A stretch of 64,000 nucleotides of DNA from Vicugna vicugna (GCA_013265495.1 MU058687.1:1426001-1490000), one strand, 5' to 3'. Numbered from the stretch's first letter, positions 48,190 to 61,210 are shown. Notes: generated from the sequence alone by a model not told the origin. Program-made: numbers and translations.

Positions 48190-49819
48190 CCATAGGATGC
48201 TGACTGTATTTTGGGATGATCCTGGGCTGTGTGGCACTGGGGGGACTTATGCTAACATTTCACCAACTTTGCAGGGCACCCCTCCTTATTCCTTTTAGGT
48301 CAGCTTCTGCTGGGCTTTTGAAATGCCTTCAGTTCTTCCAGCCCCCAAGTTTTCCTCATCACTTCTCCAAGATTTCAAGATTTTTCCCTGGTCTGTTTCA
48401 ACGTGGAAATTCCTGGCCCCCTGCTAGTCTGTGCATCTCAGAAGGGCTCTGAAATTCAGCTCTCATCAGCCCCAGTGTTATGTTGTTTCCCCTGTCTCTA
48501 TGGCAGGGATTAAGACACGCCAGAGCAGGAGGGGGGAGAGAAGAAAGCGAGCAGGGAAAAGCAGGACTACCATGGGAGGGAGCCTGATTGGAGGGCATCA
48601 GAGGAGGGAGCAGAAATAGCTGGGTGTATCAAGGATGGAAGAGGGATTCCTGTTCTATTTTGGTTTTGGTTTCTAGTTTGGGTTTGTTTCCGGAGGTGAG
48701 GAGACATACATTAACTGCTGAAACCTGCCCCCAATGCAGGCACATCCTCAGGAATCCAGAGGCAACCTCCAGACTCCACATCTAATAGGAAAACCTCCCA
48801 AAATAGCTCCCATCTTGGTTCACTGTATGTATGCACAGGCCTGAGGAGTCAGTGTGACAATGTGACCTAGTACCATCCCAAGACCCAAGCAAATGGGCCC
48901 TGATCCTCGGAGATCTCTCTCCTGGCCTCCCTGCACCCCTGAGGAGATAAGTCTTCAGGATATAAGCAGATGCCAACCAGAGCCTATATCCATGCTCATG
49001 CTTACCCTTGCCTAGCACTCCTGGTACCCAGGGCCCCAGACTCTCTGCCTAAATGGCCCAAGCCTGCTTCCAGGGCCCTGGGGTTCCTGTTTCTGAGGTC
49101 TGGGGTGGCCAGTGCAGCCAGTGGCCAGGGATTGATTGCTGCTTGGGGCAGAGGCAGTGGACAGAATGAAGCAGTGCAGAGTGGTATTAGGAACATGCAG
49201 GTGAGCGAGACGTCCTGCTGAAGGTAGGAACAAAAGGAGGACAGATCCTGACATGGGACTGTCTGTCCCTGGGCTGCCATATTCTGGTCTGAGAAGTCTG
49301 AGAATTCTAAATTCAAGCTTGGCTTTCTAGAATGTTAAGCAGGTAAGTCTGCCAAGGTAAGAGGGGAAGATTATTTCATTTAACAAGGTGCTAGCTTGAC
49401 TAATAGCTTTTAACTATTTAGATGCATGGTATGGGGGTCTTGATTTGAATTCTTGCGCTGGTCCCCCAGACGTGTGAAGACACAAAGACTGGCCTGGCAT
49501 GATGCCTCTCCTTCCAGCTGTGCTTCTGAATCTCTTTTTCTCCACCCCCCAGTCTTCCTCTGACAAATGCCCTTCTTCAAATTCTCTATACTATGTGAAT
49601 CAGTTAACAAGCCTGCTGTAGTTACAGTGACGGCAGCAGGAATGGAATCGTGGCCATTTTGTGTTCTCTCCTTTTTCTTTTTGGTTGTCTAGCTGCAGAA
49701 CCCCCTTTCTGAGCTTGGGAAATACCTTCATCCTGCAAGCACACACTTTTATGAGCTTTGGAAGGGAACAGAGCTCACATCTCAGTACAGAAGACAAAAA
49801 TGTTAGGAACTTGCTTTGG

Positions 49820-50605
49820 CAGACACCACCAGTCATCTCTCCTGATATCTACTCTCTTTCTTTAATATAAGAACTCCCACTTTTCACCTGGGCTCATGGA
49901 TCAAAGGCTACCTTTTTCAGACTCCTTTATGTTAGATTTAGCCAAATGATCAAGTTTCAAGCATTGAGATATGAGTCATGTGTCTGACATTCAGGAAGTG
50001 GTAGTAAAGGAAGAGGCCATCCTTTTTGTCCCTTTCTCTTCCTTAATGACTGGAATGTGGACTTGATGGCAGATGCTCAAGCAGCCATATTGGTCCATAA
50101 GGCAGCACACAAAGGCAGAATTGAAGGAGCTGCAGAGTAACTTTCATGCACTCTTTGCCTTAAAACTTTTTTACGTAGGGAGAAATAATTTTCTATTCCA
50201 TTTTGTGGTTTATGTAAAATCACAGTTATTTTGAGTTTTCTCTTATGTGATGTGGAACCCAAGACTGAATGATGCATTTGTCTTCCCAGCTTCTCTTGCA
50301 GCTAAGGTGTAGTGTGTGACCAGGTTCTACCAAGGCAGGCTCTCTGGTCAAGGTAGCCTCAGCAAGGAGCTTGAATTCCTGCAATAGTGTTGCAGGTTGC
50401 ATCCAGTGTCCAGTTGCATCCAGTGGAGGTGAAGCAGGATGAAGTGCCCAGTTCTTGGTGGTGGCAGCATGTCCTCACCAGGCTAGTTCTCCCTTATGAT
50501 TTTGGGTACAATTCTTGGCTTCATGGTCTCAAATCTGGTCTTCCAGCCCACTTAATGATTCTGTAAGTTATCCAGTATCTTGTCAATAAATCTCCTTTCT
50601 ACTTA
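49820..50605 (+). mobile_element. Adjacent old LTR relics (MLT1-like, then LTR33-like)
   Basis: ggaatgtggacttgatggcagatgctcaagcagccatattgg, then cccagcttctcttgcagctaagg...gattctgtaagttatccagtatcttgtcaataaatctcctttct. Confidence 0.55.
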
Positions 50606-51375
50606 CACCTAGACGGTAACCCACATTTAAAATAGTTTTCAACAATAAGATTTTACCAAGATGGTTGGTTTTTGCCATCAAAGAATTAACTCAGACTCAG
50701 ACTCAACATGAGGTATGAATTCCATCTAAAAGTTAAAATGTTCCAACACTCTTGTTTCTAAAGATGATTCTGGTGGGGGCAGAATTAGGCTGTTTGGAAT
50801 ACTAATGTCTCTTGTTACAGGTCTACGTGCCATCTGCTAGTTGAAGTTGTGGTATTTTGGGAGTGCACCAGCAACCAAAATTAAATATGAATTTAATTAA
50901 ATTTAATACAAAATTAAATTAGAACTATCTTCGAAGGGCAGCAGCATTTCATTTATCCAGAGGCAATTTATATAGCAACCTCAGTTTTTTGGAACACTGT
51001 CAGGAACCAGAAAAGAAGCAAAAATAAACAAAAACCCCAAACTGGTGAGGAAACAGACAACCACCTTCAAAAACAAAACAAAAGACTGTTCACAGCCAAA
51101 ATAAATGTCATAGGATTCATCCCCCACAGTTTATGTATTTACTCACAGGCAAGCCATTCAGACCCTCCTCCAGATTCCGTATATGCATTGTGTAGACACA
51201 ATTCAAGGGAAAATTTGGATGAACAACTTCCCATTCCACAAAAGATTTAGAAGAGCATCTTAGAAGCTGAGGGAGGAAGGCCATTGGAGACTTGACACTC
51301 CGATAGAAATGACAAGATGGTTGTGGGTTTGTGTTAAAGGCAAATACAAACCTAAAATAAAAAGTAGACAGGAGC

Positions 51376-51497
51376 GGGGAGGCTATAGCTCAGTGGTAGA
51401 GTGTGTGCTTAGCATGCATGAGGTCCTGGGTTCAATCCCCGTACCTTCATTAAATAAACCTAATTACCTACCTCCCCTCAATTTTTATTTTTTTTTT
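51376..51497 (+). mobile_element. tRNA-Ala-derived SINE (Vic-1-type)
   Basis: A box tagctcagtgg, anticodon-like arm tgcttAGCatgca, B box gggttcaatcc. TSD aaagtagacaRgagc at 51361-51375 and 51498-51512 (1 mismatch). Confidence 0.92.
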
Positions 51498-51598
51498 AAA
51501 GTAGACAAGAGCACAGTATGACCTTTGAGCCCATTTAGTGTAATAGGAACAACCCTGTGTTACAGTCCAGTCCAAGAATAGGATGGGGGACCAGGAGG

Positions 51599-51943
51599 TG
51601 CTGTGATCTGACATTTGTATCCCCTGAAAATTTATATGCTAAATCTTAATGCCCAAGGTGATGGTGTTAGGAGGCAGGGCCTTTGGGAGGTGATTAGGTC
51701 ATGGGGGCAGAACCTTCAAGAATGAGATTAATGCCCTTATGATGGAGGCTCCAGAGAAATCCCTAACCCTTCCACCATGGGAGGCTGTGGCAGGGTCTAC
51801 AACCCAGAAGAGGGTCTTCCTTGACCGTGCTGGCACCCTGATCTTGGACTTCCAGCCTCCAGAACTGAGAAGTCACTTTCTGTTTGTTTATAAACCACTC
51901 AGACTGCGCTATTCTGTTACAGCAACCTGAATGGACTAAGACA
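51599..51943 (+). mobile_element. MaLR solo LTR (MLT1A-like)
   Basis: TG...CA ends. Contains ggggcctttgggaggtgattaggtcatg-like sequence, ctggcaccctgatcttggacttccagcctccagaactg, and the terminus aatggactaagaca. Confidence 0.9.
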
Positions 51944-52004
51944 GTGTGATTCATGAAAATGCTGGGCATCCTGAAAAGTTAGGGAAAATCATAAAGTGGG
52001 CCAG

Positions 52005-52680
52005 CATCCAGTGTTGGTGAACATGCAGAGCAACAGGGATTCCCCCGCTGCTGGTGGGAGAGTAACCACTTACTTAGGAAACTGGTTTAGCCGCACCTTG
52101 TAAAGCTGAACATGGGCAGAATTCTTAACCCACTAGTTCCCCTTCTGGGTAGGTATAGAGAGAACCCTGGCACACGGTCGTGGGACATACATGCCAGAAA
52201 ATACATGGCAGTACTGTTTGTAACAGTATTCAAAATCCTTCAGATGCCCATCAAACAGCAGAAGGAATAAATGCATCATGGTGGCGTCTGCAGTGGAATA
52301 TTATATAGCAGAGAAAATGAACAAACTGCAGCCATGCATGGCAACATGGGTGAATAAAAAACACAATGTTCAAAAAAAGGGACTAGTCACAACAAAATAT
52401 GTAAGTAGAATTCAATTAATATAAAGTTCAAGAACAGGCAAAACTGATTATATAGTTGGAGGCTACATTCATGTGTGGTAAAACAATAAAGAAAAGCAAG
52501 GACACAGCTAACACATACATTGGTGTAGTGGTGACCCCTGATGGGGAAAAGGGGGCTCCTGAGGTTCTACTGTGTAGTCTTTGTCTTATCGTGGTGGGTC
52601 TACCAGTATTCACTTGATTTATATTCTTTACACTATACTCGTAGGTTTTATTCATATATATGGTATATTTCAGACAATTT
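52005..52680 (+). mobile_element. Ancient L1 (L1ME-like) ORF2 end / 3' UTR
   Basis: gtgttggtgaacatgcagagcaacagggat...gctggtgggagagtaa and gtggaatattatatagcagagaaaatgaacaaactgcagccatgcatggcaacatgggtgaat motifs. Confidence 0.75.
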
Positions 52681-53064
52681 TTTTTAAAAGAAGGAAGAAA
52701 GGAAAAATAGCAAGAGTCTGGTTTTGTCCAATTTACTCTGTGGAAGAAGGCAAGATAGCATTTAATAACATTAGAAACATTTCCACCAATAACTATTAAA
52801 AAGAAAAACAGTTTTTGGGCCCTTGGAGGGCAAAGTTTCAGTGATCTGAAAAGTTCATTTACGACTGACAGCTGATCAGCTTTTCCATACAATGAGATAC
52901 TCTGGTAATGACCTGGAGTCCCATCTCTTTTCAGATGAGTTTCTGAATTTCGTATTGGCTGAGAAAGAAGCGAGAGGACAGCCGCCTTAGTGGGAGCTCC
53001 TTTGTGGCACAGAGAACCTTCACCAACCTGCTCCAAGTCTGCATTTTGGCCTCCCTCCCCCTGG

Positions 53065-53205
53065 CTGCCTCCCCACTGCATCACCTGGGAGCCTGTTACA
53101 AATGCAGAATCTCGGGCCCCACCCCAGACCTACTGAACCAGACTCTGCCCATGAACAAGATTCCCAGGGGTTCCAAATGCACACTGAAGTGTGAGAAGCG
53201 CTGCT
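53065..53205. mobile_element. MER5A-like hAT-Charlie MITE
   Basis: catcacctgggagcctgttacaaatgcagaatctcgggccccaccccagacctactgaaccagactctg...gtgtgagaagcgctg. Confidence 0.85.
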
Positions 53206-53344
53206 CAGGTTAAGACCGTGACCAGCAACCAGACACTCAGCTCTTGATAATTTCAGGAAAACCTGCTCTTTGAACAATCCTAACGAGGACCCTTCTTGTA
53301 TTGAATTTCACGTTGCAATAAATAGTGCTCAGAAAAACTCAAAT

Positions 53345-53820
53345 TTATTCATTCATTCAATTAATATTAGGACGAATCATATGAAATTGCTTTTCAAAAA
53401 TGGTTGAATACTTCCGTTTGATATGGTCTAGCTCTTAATATTTATTGTGCTCCTATTACATGACAGACACAATGCTAGGTATTGGGAAAATAACATCTGG
53501 CAAAGCTAGCCTTGGTGGCTACCCTCATAGCGCTAATGGTCCACCAGGAGGGATGGCCATTAATTTTTAAAAAATCCAGAGAGACAGATGTAAAATCACA
53601 ATCACCTTGTAAGAGCTACAAGGTGGAGGTCCCTGGTGCATGCACTGACATGAGTTTATGTATTTGGGGATGAGGGGTTGATCAGAAGAGCCTCCTGAAG
53701 AAATGTGGCCAGAAGTCAAATCTGAAGGATGAGGAACGGGGTTAGAGGGGGGAGCATACAGACTCAGGGGAAGAGAATTCCAAGCAGAGTGCACAGTAGG
53801 TGTGAGGGCCTTCTGTAAAC
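53345..53820 (-). mobile_element. L2 3' fragment
   Basis: attcattcattcaa...tatttattgtgctcctatt...aatgctaggtattggga; ggggaagagaattccaagcagag. Confidence 0.65.
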
Positions 53821-54159
53821 GGTTCAATGGAAGGCAGAGAGCTGCCCTGACTGCAGGACCCAGCCAACCAGGTCTGGAGTTGTTCCTCTTCTAAATGACC
53901 TGACCAGCAAGATAGCCGAGTCTGTCCACAGCGGCTCCCCAGGCTTTCTGCTTCTCCTGTGGCTTCTGTGTTTAATTAAAGAAGCTTCTGGTGCTTTCTC
54001 TCCCCCATGGGAAGAAACTGGCTGATCACGGTTTAATGGTCTTGCTAGTCAAATTTACTCACTCACATCTGTGTGGCCTGCTTTTGATCATTCTGGTTTG
54101 AATAACCTTTGGTGGTCTGGGGGAACTTCTTTCGGTTCCCTGAATGCCTGCGATGATCT

Positions 54160-54460
54160 CTCTTGCTGCTAGGACTTTGCACATGCTGTTCCCTCTGCCT
54201 GGAACACCACATGGGCAGCCTGTCTGCCTCCCTCCACTCCAAATACCTGGCTTACTCCTAGTCATCGTCAGTACCCATCCAGGGAGTCTTTTGCCCCCTC
54301 CCCACCAAACCTGGTTCTGCTCCCACAACCCCCTGCACATAGACGTGTCAAGGACACATCAGCCCCAGCACCAAGTCTGATATTACTCATCAATCATCTC
54401 TTGCACCCAGCTCAGGGCATAGTAGGAGCTCAGTATTCACTTGTTGAATGAACAAATAAA
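54160..54460 (+). mobile_element. L2 3' fragment
   Basis: ggactttgcacatgctgttccctctgcctggaacac...ggcatagtaggagctcagtattcacttgttgaatgaa. Confidence 0.7.
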
Positions 54461-55780
54461 ACACTGTATTTAGCCTGATGTACAGCTGTGGCTGACACTG
54501 TGAGTTGTCTTACTCAACTGTCATTTCTTCATTTCTTTCTTTCTTCCTGGCCTGCCGCCACTCTAGACCACTCCTTGGTCTGGGTGTTTCTGAAGGCAAG
54601 CCTTCCTGGCGGACAGCACTGATTTAGGCTGGGCTGAGAGCCCCTCCAGGTGAAGGCACCATCACATTTCTGGCTTTGACATCTCAGGCTTTCAGGACTG
54701 AACCTCAAGAATCAATATTTTTATTTCTGGCTGGGCACGGAAGTCTCATTGCTGACCAGCAGGAATAAGCCTGCCCCACAGTATTCAGAGTCAGGGCATG
54801 AAGACAGATGACAAACAAAGGTCCCCTGAACTCATAACATCTTCTAGACTCCCCTTCACTGTCCCTACACTGCCCCCGTCCCCAGCTCCCCACACTGACT
54901 TCTCTCTCTTCCCGCACATTTTCCAGAAAACGTTGTGCAGGTTATCTTAATAAGGACTGAAGAACAGTTCAGCAACATGGCACGCATGGTGATAGCACTT
55001 TACATGCCTCATTTACCCTCACTACGGTCGCATAAGGTGCAGCCGAGGACTCATTTTATAGAAGAGGGCACTGATGTTTGGGGAGGGTAAGGGGCTGGCT
55101 CTGGGGTCTGAAGCCAGGCCGTGGTAGAGTCTGGATTGGAGCCCAGGTTTTCTGATTGTCGAGCCTGTGCCGGAGCTGATAGCATACTGCCTCTCCGTCT
55201 CAGTCCTGAGAGCACCCAGCTGGGAAGCACGGCACATAGTGAGATGTATAAATGTAGCTGCAAGAAATACAAAGGTGGCCCGGGATAGAGGGGCCCTCCC
55301 CATCACTGCCATTCCACACTGCATGCCCCGCTGAGAAAACTAAAGTGTCTAAGTGTAAGAGGAGCCCTCCCAGGATTTAATGATCTGAAAGAAATATTAC
55401 CCTGCCTTCTAAAAACTTCACAATTTGTTTAAAATAGCCACACAGTGATTTCCAGGCATTTTAGACTTGCAGGGCTCTGTGGCTTTTGGCTGTTTTCTTG
55501 TTTATTTCTTCTACTATTATAAATAGCCCTTTTGCAAAAGGGCATTTATCTGTGATGCAAAATTCAGTTTTAAAATGTTTGCTTTGAAGTCTTCAATGAA
55601 ACCCCTTTAGATAATTGGAGATGCCTAAAGATGTTGCCTAAAACAAGTGGGGCGGGTCACCAGATGTGTCCACTTTGTGAGTATCCGTTGAGCTGTACAC
55701 TTAAGATATGTGTGTTTTTTGGTTTGCATATTGTGCTTCAATCAAAAATTCACTAAAGTATTAGAAAAATAAAAGAGCAC

Positions 55781-55887
55781 GAGCTCTATCTGCATGGTGT
55801 GCAAATTAGAAAAAGGGTGCGGGCGTCCAGGATCTCTGATTTCCGGTGGAGCTGAGGGGCTCTAATTTGCAGCCTCACATAGAGCTC
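55781..55887. mobile_element. Palindromic hAT-Tip100 MITE relic (MER91-like)
   Basis: Inverted arms gagctctat...tgcaaattaga / tctaatttgca...atagagctc. The tgtgcaaattagaaaaagg motif is recalled from the MER91 family. Confidence 0.6.
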
Positions 55888-56109
55888 TCAGGCCCCTACA
55901 TAGGCTGTCCTGCCATCACATGCCTGTGAAGAGCTTTCTCTTAGCAGCCTTCTGAGGCTTCCGTGTCCCTGTCTTTCAGGTTCCAGGGGCTCAAAATCAA
56001 GGGTTTGCACAGGGCAGAGTATAAAGACCTCAGTACCTGTGTGCAGGACAGAGTTTGGCCAACATCCCTGAGCGCAGTTAGGTTGTTTTCCTTTGCATGG
56101 CAGTTCCAG

Positions 56110-56285
56110 CACCTACTAGCTGTGTGACCCTGGATGAGTTTCTTAACCTTTCTGAACCTTAGTTTCTTCATTTGCAGAGTGAAGGGGATTATACTGCCCA
56201 CATCATAGAATTGCCCAAGGAAAGATTAAATCGGATACTGCTTGTGAAGGGCTTAGCCCAGGACCTGGTACACAGTAAACACAAA
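56110..56285 (+). mobile_element. MIR SINE
   Basis: tactagctgtgtgaccctggatgagtttcttaacctttctgaaccttagtttcttcatttg core. Confidence 0.8.
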
Positions 56286-56842
56286 AACAATATATGGAAT
56301 CAAAATGTCAGAGACGGGGCATCCAGTGTTTTTTAAACAAGCTCTGTAGGTGATGCGATGCATAACTAAGGTTAAGAATTACATTCTGATCTGGCCTTTG
56401 TTCCCACCCTGTTGCACCATGGAAGCTCTATAACATTAATTCTCTTCGCTCCCTCTCTCAAAGATTAGAGCAGAGGGCAGAAGAACCTGCCCTCTGGAAA
56501 GAGTACACAGATGTCAGAGGAAAGTGATTTCTTCCTCTCTCCTATAGACATTCACTGAACATGTGCCAGGTAAGGTGTGAGGGAAGGACAGACAGATGGC
56601 CAGATGTGGCTCTGGTCCCTGGTGAGCTAACTGCTCACAAAGGAAATTGCCAGATGATACCCGCTGCAGTGAAGGGACCCTAAACTCTTGGGCTCTGGTT
56701 CCAGCTTTGCCCCATCTGAGTGTCTCTGGGCCTTATTTTTCACATCTGTAAAGTGAGGGGGGTGGACTGGGTGACTTCTGAGGTCCTTCCATCTCTGATG
56801 TTCTGTGAATCCATGCTTTTATTCTTAAAAAATGTTGTATTG

Positions 56843-57970
56843 TAAAACTCAACAATAAGAAAACAAACACTCAATTTAAAAAATAAGCAAAAGACTGAAC
56901 ACACACTTCACCAGAGAGGAGATGCAACAATTAAAGCAATAATGAGGTACCACTACACACCGATTAGAACGGCCAAAATCCAAAACACTGACAACACCAA
57001 ATGCTGGTGAGGACATGGAGCAATACGAACTCTCATTCATTTGCTAATGGGAATCAAAATGGTACAGTCACTTTGGAAGACAGTTTGGAGATTTCTTACA
57101 AAGATAAACATAATCTTATCATACAATCCAGCAACTGTGCTCCTTGGTATTTACCCAAAGGCATTGAAAACATGTCTGCATAAAAGCCTACAAGGGAATG
57201 TTTATAGCAGCTTTATTCATACTGGCTGAAATTAGGAAGCAACCAAGATGTCCTCCAGTAGGTGAATGGATAAATTGTGGTATAAGCAGACAATAGAATA
57301 TTATCCATCATTCAAAAGAAGCAGGCTATCAAATCATGAAATGACATAAAAGACACTTAAATGTATTTTACTAAGTGAAAGAAGCCAATCTGAAAAAGCT
57401 ATATACAGGGTGATTCCAACTCTATGACATTCTGGAAAGGTCAAAATTATGGATGCAGTAAATGGATCAGTGGTTTCTGGTGGTTATTGGGGAGGGAGGA
57501 ATGAATAGGAGCACAGACACTTTTTAGGTCAGTGAAACTACTCTGTATGGTACTGTGATGGTGGATGTATGTCATTATACATTTGTCCAAATCCATAGGA
57601 TGTACAACATTGAGGGTGAACCCTGGAGGGATGGGTATAGCTCAGTGGTAGAGCACATGCTTAGCAGGCACGAGGTTCTGGGTTCAATCCCCAGTACCTC
57701 CATTTAAAAAAATAAGTAAAAATAAAAGCAGTTAATTAAATTGGAAAAAAAAAAGTGAACCCTAAGGTAAATGATGGACTTTGGGTAATAGTGATGTGTC
57801 AATGTAGGTTTATCAACTGTAATGTACCAGTCTGGTGGGGATGTTGATAGTGGAGGAAGCCGTGCTTGGCAGCGGGTGGGCAGGAAGTGTATGGGAGATC
57901 TCTATATCTTTTGCTTAATTTTGCTATGAACCTAAAAATGCTCTACAAAATAAAGTCTATTAAAAGACAA
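56843..57970 (+). mobile_element. L1 (L1MC/L1MD-like) ORF2 C-terminus and 3' UTR
   Basis: MVQSLWKTVWRFL...YNPATVLLGIYPK translation and WKQPRCP-like DNA. The 3' UTR ends aataaagtctattaaa. Contains the SINE at 57625-57754. Confidence 0.9.
57625..57754 (+). mobile_element. tRNA-Ala-derived SINE (Vic-1-type) inserted in an L1 3' UTR
   Basis: gggtatagctcagtggtagagcacatgcttagcaggcacgaggttctgggttcaatcccc. TSD gtgaaccct at 57616-57624 and 57755-57763. Confidence 0.92.
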
Positions 57971-57994
57971 AAACAAATAAAATGCCATATTATG

Positions 57995-58272
57995 CATGGT
58001 TAAGATGATGGGCCTTGGAGCCTGACTGCTTTGGAGACTGTCTAAGTTTGAGTACTAGCTCTAATCCTTAATTAGCTGAGATCTACAGCAAATTGGCTAA
58101 ACATACTGTGCCTCTGTGTCCTCATCTGTAAAATGGGCATAATAATAGGGCATAATAATAGTGGCTGCTTCATGTTTTTTTGGTGAAGATTAAAAGAATT
58201 AATAAATCTAAAGCATTTAGTACACTGCTTGGCATAGAATAAGTACTCAATCAATGTTAGCTACTATTACTA
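57995..58272 (+). mobile_element. MIR SINE
   Basis: cctcatctgtaaaatgggcataataata...taaagcatttagtacactgcttggcatagaataagtactcaatcaatgttagctactatt. Confidence 0.8.
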
Positions 58273-60984
58273 CTTTTTAAGAGCTGATTCTAATCGATTG
58301 GCTGTTGCTGCCATTTGGCCATGGCAATCCCTTGCGCTCAGGAGAAACAATCAGATGTCTGACAGAATGGAACTTCTTTTTACTGTACGTTGGGTTAGAA
58401 GGTCTTTTTCAGAGCCAGAGCTTTCAAGCCTGCACATGCTCTGAGGCCCAGGGAAGATGCCTTTTCGTGGGACTGTGCCAATGGATCAGGCAGGAAAAAT
58501 AGCAATAAACCTACATCTCATTTGCTTGATTGACCCAGCAGACCTCCCCTGTCTCCATTCTTCCCTTCACCAACCAAACATTGTTCTGTTTCTGACATCA
58601 CTCTGGCGAAGAAAGCTGTGTTAGGTTAACAAAGATTGGTGTTCAAGCGTGAGGTGGTCTTATCATCTCTGACCACAGCAAACACCCTTGAGCACCATGA
58701 CCTTTGAGAGATTAGTTGAAAACCACTGATGAACTTTGACATTTTGTTGCATACTTAAAATACACTTAATATTTATCGGAACTTCTCCCAAATAGCTCTA
58801 ATGGCATAATTGTGTTTGGAATTTATACATATGCATTTCAATATAAACAGTTTGCATTGCGATTGAGGTTTTTTCTTTAAAAAGGACCTAAGAATCTTCA
58901 ATGACACATATTGCTTTCAGATAAAGAATGAGCCAGCTGTTAATATAATTAAGAACAGGTACTATCGTTGAACTTGGCCCAAAAGGGTCACTCGGCCACA
59001 GCCTGTAATGACCAAGAAGTGAGTGCCCCCAGCAGGCAACTCCAAACACTCCCTTCCACAGAAGACCTATCCGTGTCACCCACTTCCATTGATAATGATA
59101 ACTGCAATGGAAGACATCCTTTCGCGTGGGAGGTTTAAGTCTGTCAAGCACTTGCATGAACAGTAAACTACCAATTTGGCTCTCACAAGACCCTTGTTAG
59201 TTGAATCTGAGGCTCTCAGAAGCTGAGTCCTGCTCAAGGTTTTTCAGTAAGTCAGAGGCATAATTCGGACCCAGCTCTTTGGCTTCAAAGCCATGGTCAA
59301 TCTTCTAAGCTTTAACAATTTTCTCCCTTTGCTGGTTGTGAACTGGTTGCTGGAACTTCTTGCCTAATAGCCCACCTCGGCCTTCCCTGTGGGCAGAGGA
59401 TCAATTTATTTAGATCTGGTACCCATGTCTCCTCCCAGTGACTAAGCCAGTTATGATTACCCCAGCACCCTGGCCAGGGATTGGTCTAGAGGTGGGCATG
59501 TGATCCACTCTGGCCAGTGAGATGCAAGAGAAGGTCCAAAGAAGGGGTGTCCTTGACCTTAAAAATCGAGTGAGGGAGAAACTGCATTCTTCTGCGGATG
59601 GGCAGAGCTCTGGCTTTCCACCAGACTCATTTTATTTTGATTTTTACTTTACTGCTCATGATCCTCTTTTAAAGAGCACCTGGATAACTTCCTTTGACTC
59701 TGGACCTGTGGGCCTTGGCTTATCTCTGGATGGCACCCAGGTTAGGCTTGCGCTTTGGTGGCACGTAGCTGCAGCTCCACACTAGTTCAAGGCAGGAAGC
59801 CTCCCCCAGGGAGAGGATGCAGCTGTCCCTGCTGGATGAGCCTGAGTGGCTGGCCTAATAGTAGCATTTGTGGTCCCAGGTCCCCCAGTTGCTCTCAGAG
59901 GAGGCCGACAGCCAAGCTCCCAACCACACAAGTGCTTTACATTGATGCTTCAGGAACAGCAGGAGGAGGAGTGATGGGTGAAGACGCCCTCCTTAAGTGA
60001 CACTGCTCCATGAGCCCTTGATTACTGAGCACTGTGGCTTGGAAGAGCCCTTTCTTCTTTGAAAGGCCCAGTCCCAAATTGGAAACCTCCAAGAACCAGA
60101 AACTAAGTTTTTACACATGGATGTTAACCCTTTAGTGCCAGGTACCTTGGTCAGCTTCCCAATTGGTTTAGTAAATCTTAACTGAGTGGGTAACGGTAAC
60201 AGCAGAGAATGATTACATGGCATTTGTTTTCAAAGTGAGTCTTCTATTGCTTTGCTTTATTCTTTTGTCAACCCAGTGGGGAAGGTAGGGCAGGGATTAC
60301 CAACCAGTCACGTGACACTGGAACATGCCTTTATGAGTACCCACCCAACCATACCCAGGCCTTGGGTTAGGTGCATCACATGTGTCTCATTCTGTCCTCA
60401 TGGTGACCCTATGTGGCAGGAATTCCTGCCTTCACTTTACCTCAGAGTTTGATGAATCTCAGAGAAGAGAGCAAGTCCTGGGGCTGGGATTTGAATCTAG
60501 CCCCTGCTGCCCATGTCACAAGACATTTCTGGGTGTCAGTTTCCTTAGACGGAAAACAAATGGACTCTCTAAGGTCAATTTTAGTCCAAACTCCATAATT
60601 CTATGAATAGTATCCTCTGCTGTTGAAAAATGGAATTGTAGCTTAGAAATGATCTTTGTCTAGGGCAATGTGGGATACTAGGAAGAAGTGAGCCCTGCTC
60701 AAAACCACGTCTCCAGGCTCCCTTCTTATTGTTCAAGCAACGGACAGAGTTGCTTTCCTGTATTAGGGAGTTGAGATAAACTTGCCACACATCCAGCTGG
60801 CTCTGGTGACCCTTGTTTATTTAGCTTCCAGGCAGTTCTCATCGCTGCCAGTATCTTGTCTCTTTAAAAAAAGTCTAGCTTCTCCTCCCAGGAAAGCAGC
60901 CTAAGACTCTGACCTGGGCTGAGTTCAGACCAAGGCTGGACACCTTGTCGGGGGAGATTCAAACCATAGCATGCAAGATCCCTT

Positions 60985-61210
60985 CCTGAGCCCTTACTTG
61001 TGCTAAGCTCTGTTCCAAGTGCTTTACGACAGTAACTCTTTGTATATTTATATATTTAAATTTTTATAATACCCCTATGGGTTGGGTATTATCACACACA
61101 CCCACTATTTTAATGATGATGAAGTTGAGCACAGAGAGGTTAAGTAACTTGTCCAAGGTCACACAGTTAGTGTGCATCAGAGACAGGTACAGTCTGGTTC
61201 CAGAGTCCAC
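60985..61210 (-). mobile_element. MIR SINE
   Basis: gcacagagaggttaagtaacttgtccaaggtcacacagttagt core. Further MIR fragments lie near 1050-1135, 2020-2130, 25900-26010, 27680-27830 and 34995-35130. Confidence 0.8.

Noticed and set aside
51376..51450. Possible genuine tRNA-Ala gene
   Set aside because: Acceptor stem is imperfect, a SINE tail and TSD are present, and there are multiple diverged copies in the window.
52428..53084. 218-aa minus-strand ORF, the longest in the window
   Set aside because: It runs antisense through an L1ME relic and into a MER5A element, with no recognisable domain.
42615..56900. L1 pieces at 40941-42640 and 56843-57970 as one element split by 14 kb
   Set aside because: Both contain the same aataagaaaac segment, and the intervening DNA holds older MIR/L2 relics. 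Independent insertions are more likely.
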